DNA of 64,000 nt from assembly GCA_050084515.1 (NCBI GenBank), contig CM114271.1:30566001-30630000 (forward strand). Reading direction: 5' to 3'. Under the pieces are notes generated by a model that had not been told where the DNA came from, did no database searches, and was given only the letters and a program-made list of their open reading frames with translations. Both the position numbers and the translations under genes were made by a program. Source of the stretch: Blasia pusilla. Its lineage: Eukaryota. Positions 61,001-64,000 of this stretch are shown in pieces; position 1 is the stretch's first letter; each line of letters begins with the position of its first letter.

Positions 61001-61849
61001 AATACAAAAGATGGGGAGACACGATGCAAACCTAAGATAAGAACAAGTTCACGATAAGAATAATTTCATAATAAAAACTTATGAATTATTAGATAAATTA
61101 TATTGTCCATAGAACAAAATTTTGATTTCAATTTGATGTTTGGAACATTATTAAATGATAAACCAATAGTAAATGCTATAATAGCAAAACAATGAGATTT
61201 AAACATGCCTATTAATACAACCCGCCAATAGAATGGATAATGCATAATAGTGACGACGAATGCATAAATACTCTACTAATACGAATTTGCGCAACAAATA
61301 TGAGTATATATACTATAATGCGAGGAAGGGGGGTTATCTCTTTTGGAAAAAAAAATTCCCAAAGAAGTGAAGCCCTCCATAAATAATCATCTATAATGGT
61401 AGCTTAGCAAAAAAAGTTCAAAAAAAATCAAAATCAAATCTATGAGAAATCTTCCGTGGACTTCTATTTGAAAGTTCAGAAATAAAAGAGGAAGTGGCCA
61501 GCCGTATTAAGATACCTATGAACTCCCTAACTCTAGCTGATTGCAAATAAATCATCCGCTCTAAGTTGGAGTAGACTAACATAGGTGGTGGCAAAGTGGG
61601 GGCAACGTCAAGAAGGTGTTGGTGAAGAAGGTGGTGGCAGAGTGGAAGTAGCGTCTAGGTGGTGGAAAATCTGGAATCGGCCAAAGAAGGTAAATCTCTC
61701 CCGAGGTCGAAATTGGTTTGGTTTTTTTTTTTTTTGTCCTCTTAGATTCCGCGTGGGCCTTCTCCATGTGACAGGGAAGAATTCAGAAGTTGTAAACTTG
61801 CTCACAAAATCTTCAAACAAGGTGGTTGCAAACAAACTGCAAGAATTCG

Positions 61850-62531
61850 TGACTTTGGGAAAAAGCTTCTCAGCTCGAGGAATAACTTTCCAAAACACAG
61901 CCGGCCCCAGATTGCACCAGGCTATGGCGTTGTGCGTGGACGGTGATTTGGCTGCAATTGAAGATTGCATCTTCAAAGGCTACCATGACACCCTCTACGT
62001 ACACACTGGACGACAGTTTTACACCAACTGCACAATTTTGGGAACAGTCCTCTTTGTTTTTGGAAACGCGGCTGCTTTGTTTCGGAGTTGTCATCTGCTC
62101 GTGAGATCGGGTTGCGCTACGCTTTGAGGAGCGTATTGACGGCTCAAGGTCTGACCAATCTGGTCCAAAGCACACGCTTGGTGTTTAAGAATTGCACCAT
62201 TTCGGGCACGCTATATTACATGGAGGATCTTCACAAAAATGCGGTATCGCTTCAATCCTATCTCGGGCGGTCGTGGAAGAGGTTCTCCCGGACGATGTTC
62301 ATCTACTCCTACCTGGACTCCGTGATATAACCCGAGGGATGGATTGCTTGGGATGGAACTTTCGCGTTGGATTCACTCTTCTACGGGGAGTATCAGTCGT
62401 GTGGCCCTGGAGCGGTTTCCGCCTCGAGAGTTCCGTGGTCCAACCAGCTCACCTCCAACCAGGCCGATGCTTCCGGCATCGAGAGATTCATCCAAGGAAA
62501 CCGCTGGCTTCCCTGCGCAAGGATTTCTTGA
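61850..62531 (+). pseudogene. PME: Pectin methylesterase (pectinesterase) pseudogene, 5'-truncated
   Basis: FSARGITFQNTAGP..HQAMAL, GYHDTLY (normally QDTL), GTVLFVFGNA (normally GTVDFIFG, so a catalytic Asp is lost), YLGRSW, YGEY...GPGA....RV.W. Frameshift near 62110-62130 and in-frame TAA at 62328. The N-terminal part is absent. Confidence 0.9.
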
Positions 62532-62578
62532 TTTTCAAGAAAACAAACGCAGACACTCACATGCAATTTGATCTTGCG

Positions 62579-62771
<193 letters not shown>

Positions 62772-64000
62772 AGCGCGATGAAAGTAGAGTTGGAGAGGAG
62801 GGAATGCAGACATTGACTTAGTCCAGGGATGGCGTCTTAGAATCGGCTGAAGAGAAGTGGAAGTACGAAGCTCGCAACTACTACTCGTAGCTGTGCCCCA
62901 CGTGGTCCTTTTGCTTACAGCCTTCCAAGACAGACTGACTGACAGAGCGCTCTTTCCGACTCGTGACTCATTTGCTTCACCGACAAGCTTTAGGGGCTCA
63001 CGCAGACAACTTGAGACTCAAGAGTACAAGAAGAAAGCGGCTTCGGTACCACAATCCTCCTTAGGCTATGCCCCCGGAGTTCGGAGGAGCTCTGCTATGG
63101 ACTCTGGAGCATGGAGCTATGGACAGTCGTGGAGGGAGGGAGCTGCTGCTCACCACTTCATTGTTCTCGCAACGTGAGCAGTGCGTGACAAACCTTCATG
63201 ATCCCCTTCTTTCCAGCTCTTTTTTCCTAGCTTCAGAATCGAGGTTTCGTCCTCTAGAACCCCTACGTTCGTCCCTCAACTACCCGCGGCGACTACAAGA
63301 GCGGCAAAACACGACCATCTCGTTTTGCCACGTGCAGGTTACGTGGGTGACCTTTATCAGCTATTAATGCCGCTAGAGGACGGGCAAGGGTGAAACATAT
63401 TCCTGATCGGAGCGGGGCTCAAATCCCGCCCACTTGGCCCGCACTTCATGACTCGGCCTTACTCACATAGCCCTGCTATATGTCAAGAGCTAGGGGGACT
63501 TTGGGTTTTAGTTATGAAAATCATTTTTTCTTATGCCTGGATTTGGCTCTCTTACAAATTTTATAGCGTTTTTATTATTTGAGTCTTATGAAATTATATT
63601 AGTAGTTATGTTTTTTTACTTGAAATATCTAATTTATATTGAAAATTTAATATGGTCTTTTTAAATTTGCAGTGAATAATATTGCGTATGCAGAGTGAGC
63701 CTAACTAGCTTACGCCATGTCAACTCTCTCATCGAGATGCAAGAGGCCGATAATTGTGGAAGAAATTGTAATAAATACGAGTCGTGAATATTTGGTAGAG
63801 AGAGATGAACATAGATTTTCATTATCTCGCTCTGAACGAAAACGAAAATTGTTTGAGGTGGACCCTAAATTTTTTGCTCCTATTTCAAATGGTTTCAATG
63901 AGACTCAGGAGGTTAGAGAAGTTTCAATAGGCGAGGAAATTGTGATTACTCTCAATAGTAATGAGAGATACTCTGTAGATATTTGTCCTGGTCTTGAAGA

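Overview
Eukaryotic nuclear DNA from a land plant: spliceosomal GT-AG introns, plant-specific ribosomal protein P3, and a pectin methylesterase relic. A non-seed plant such as a bryophyte is my inference, not something the sequence proves. Three intact intron-containing host genes can be reconstructed exon by exon: 60S acidic ribosomal protein P3 (-, 23266-23983), a GH27 alpha-galactosidase (-, 29164-34013, 15 exons) and a tyrosine/nicotianamine-type aminotransferase (+, 53840-58096, 7 exons). There are also two pseudogene fragments. Much of the rest is repeat-derived. The main discovery is a ~9.3-kb decayed Ty3/Gypsy retrotransposon (41203-50465, 4-bp TSD CAAG). Its polyprotein carries a C5 DNA cytosine methyltransferase domain (motifs I, IV, VI, VIII, IX, X in linear order) between the aspartic protease and the reverse transcriptase. 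Three related, internally deleted copies lie elsewhere in the window; two keep a stub of the methyltransferase and show an odd A-B-A repeat at the 3' end. Also present: two hAT-like MITEs, a 205-bp tandem repeat at two sites, and fragments of an RLE-type non-LTR retroelement (one 5'-inverted, one flanked by a 62-bp duplication). All calls come from reading the sequence by eye; no database search was run.
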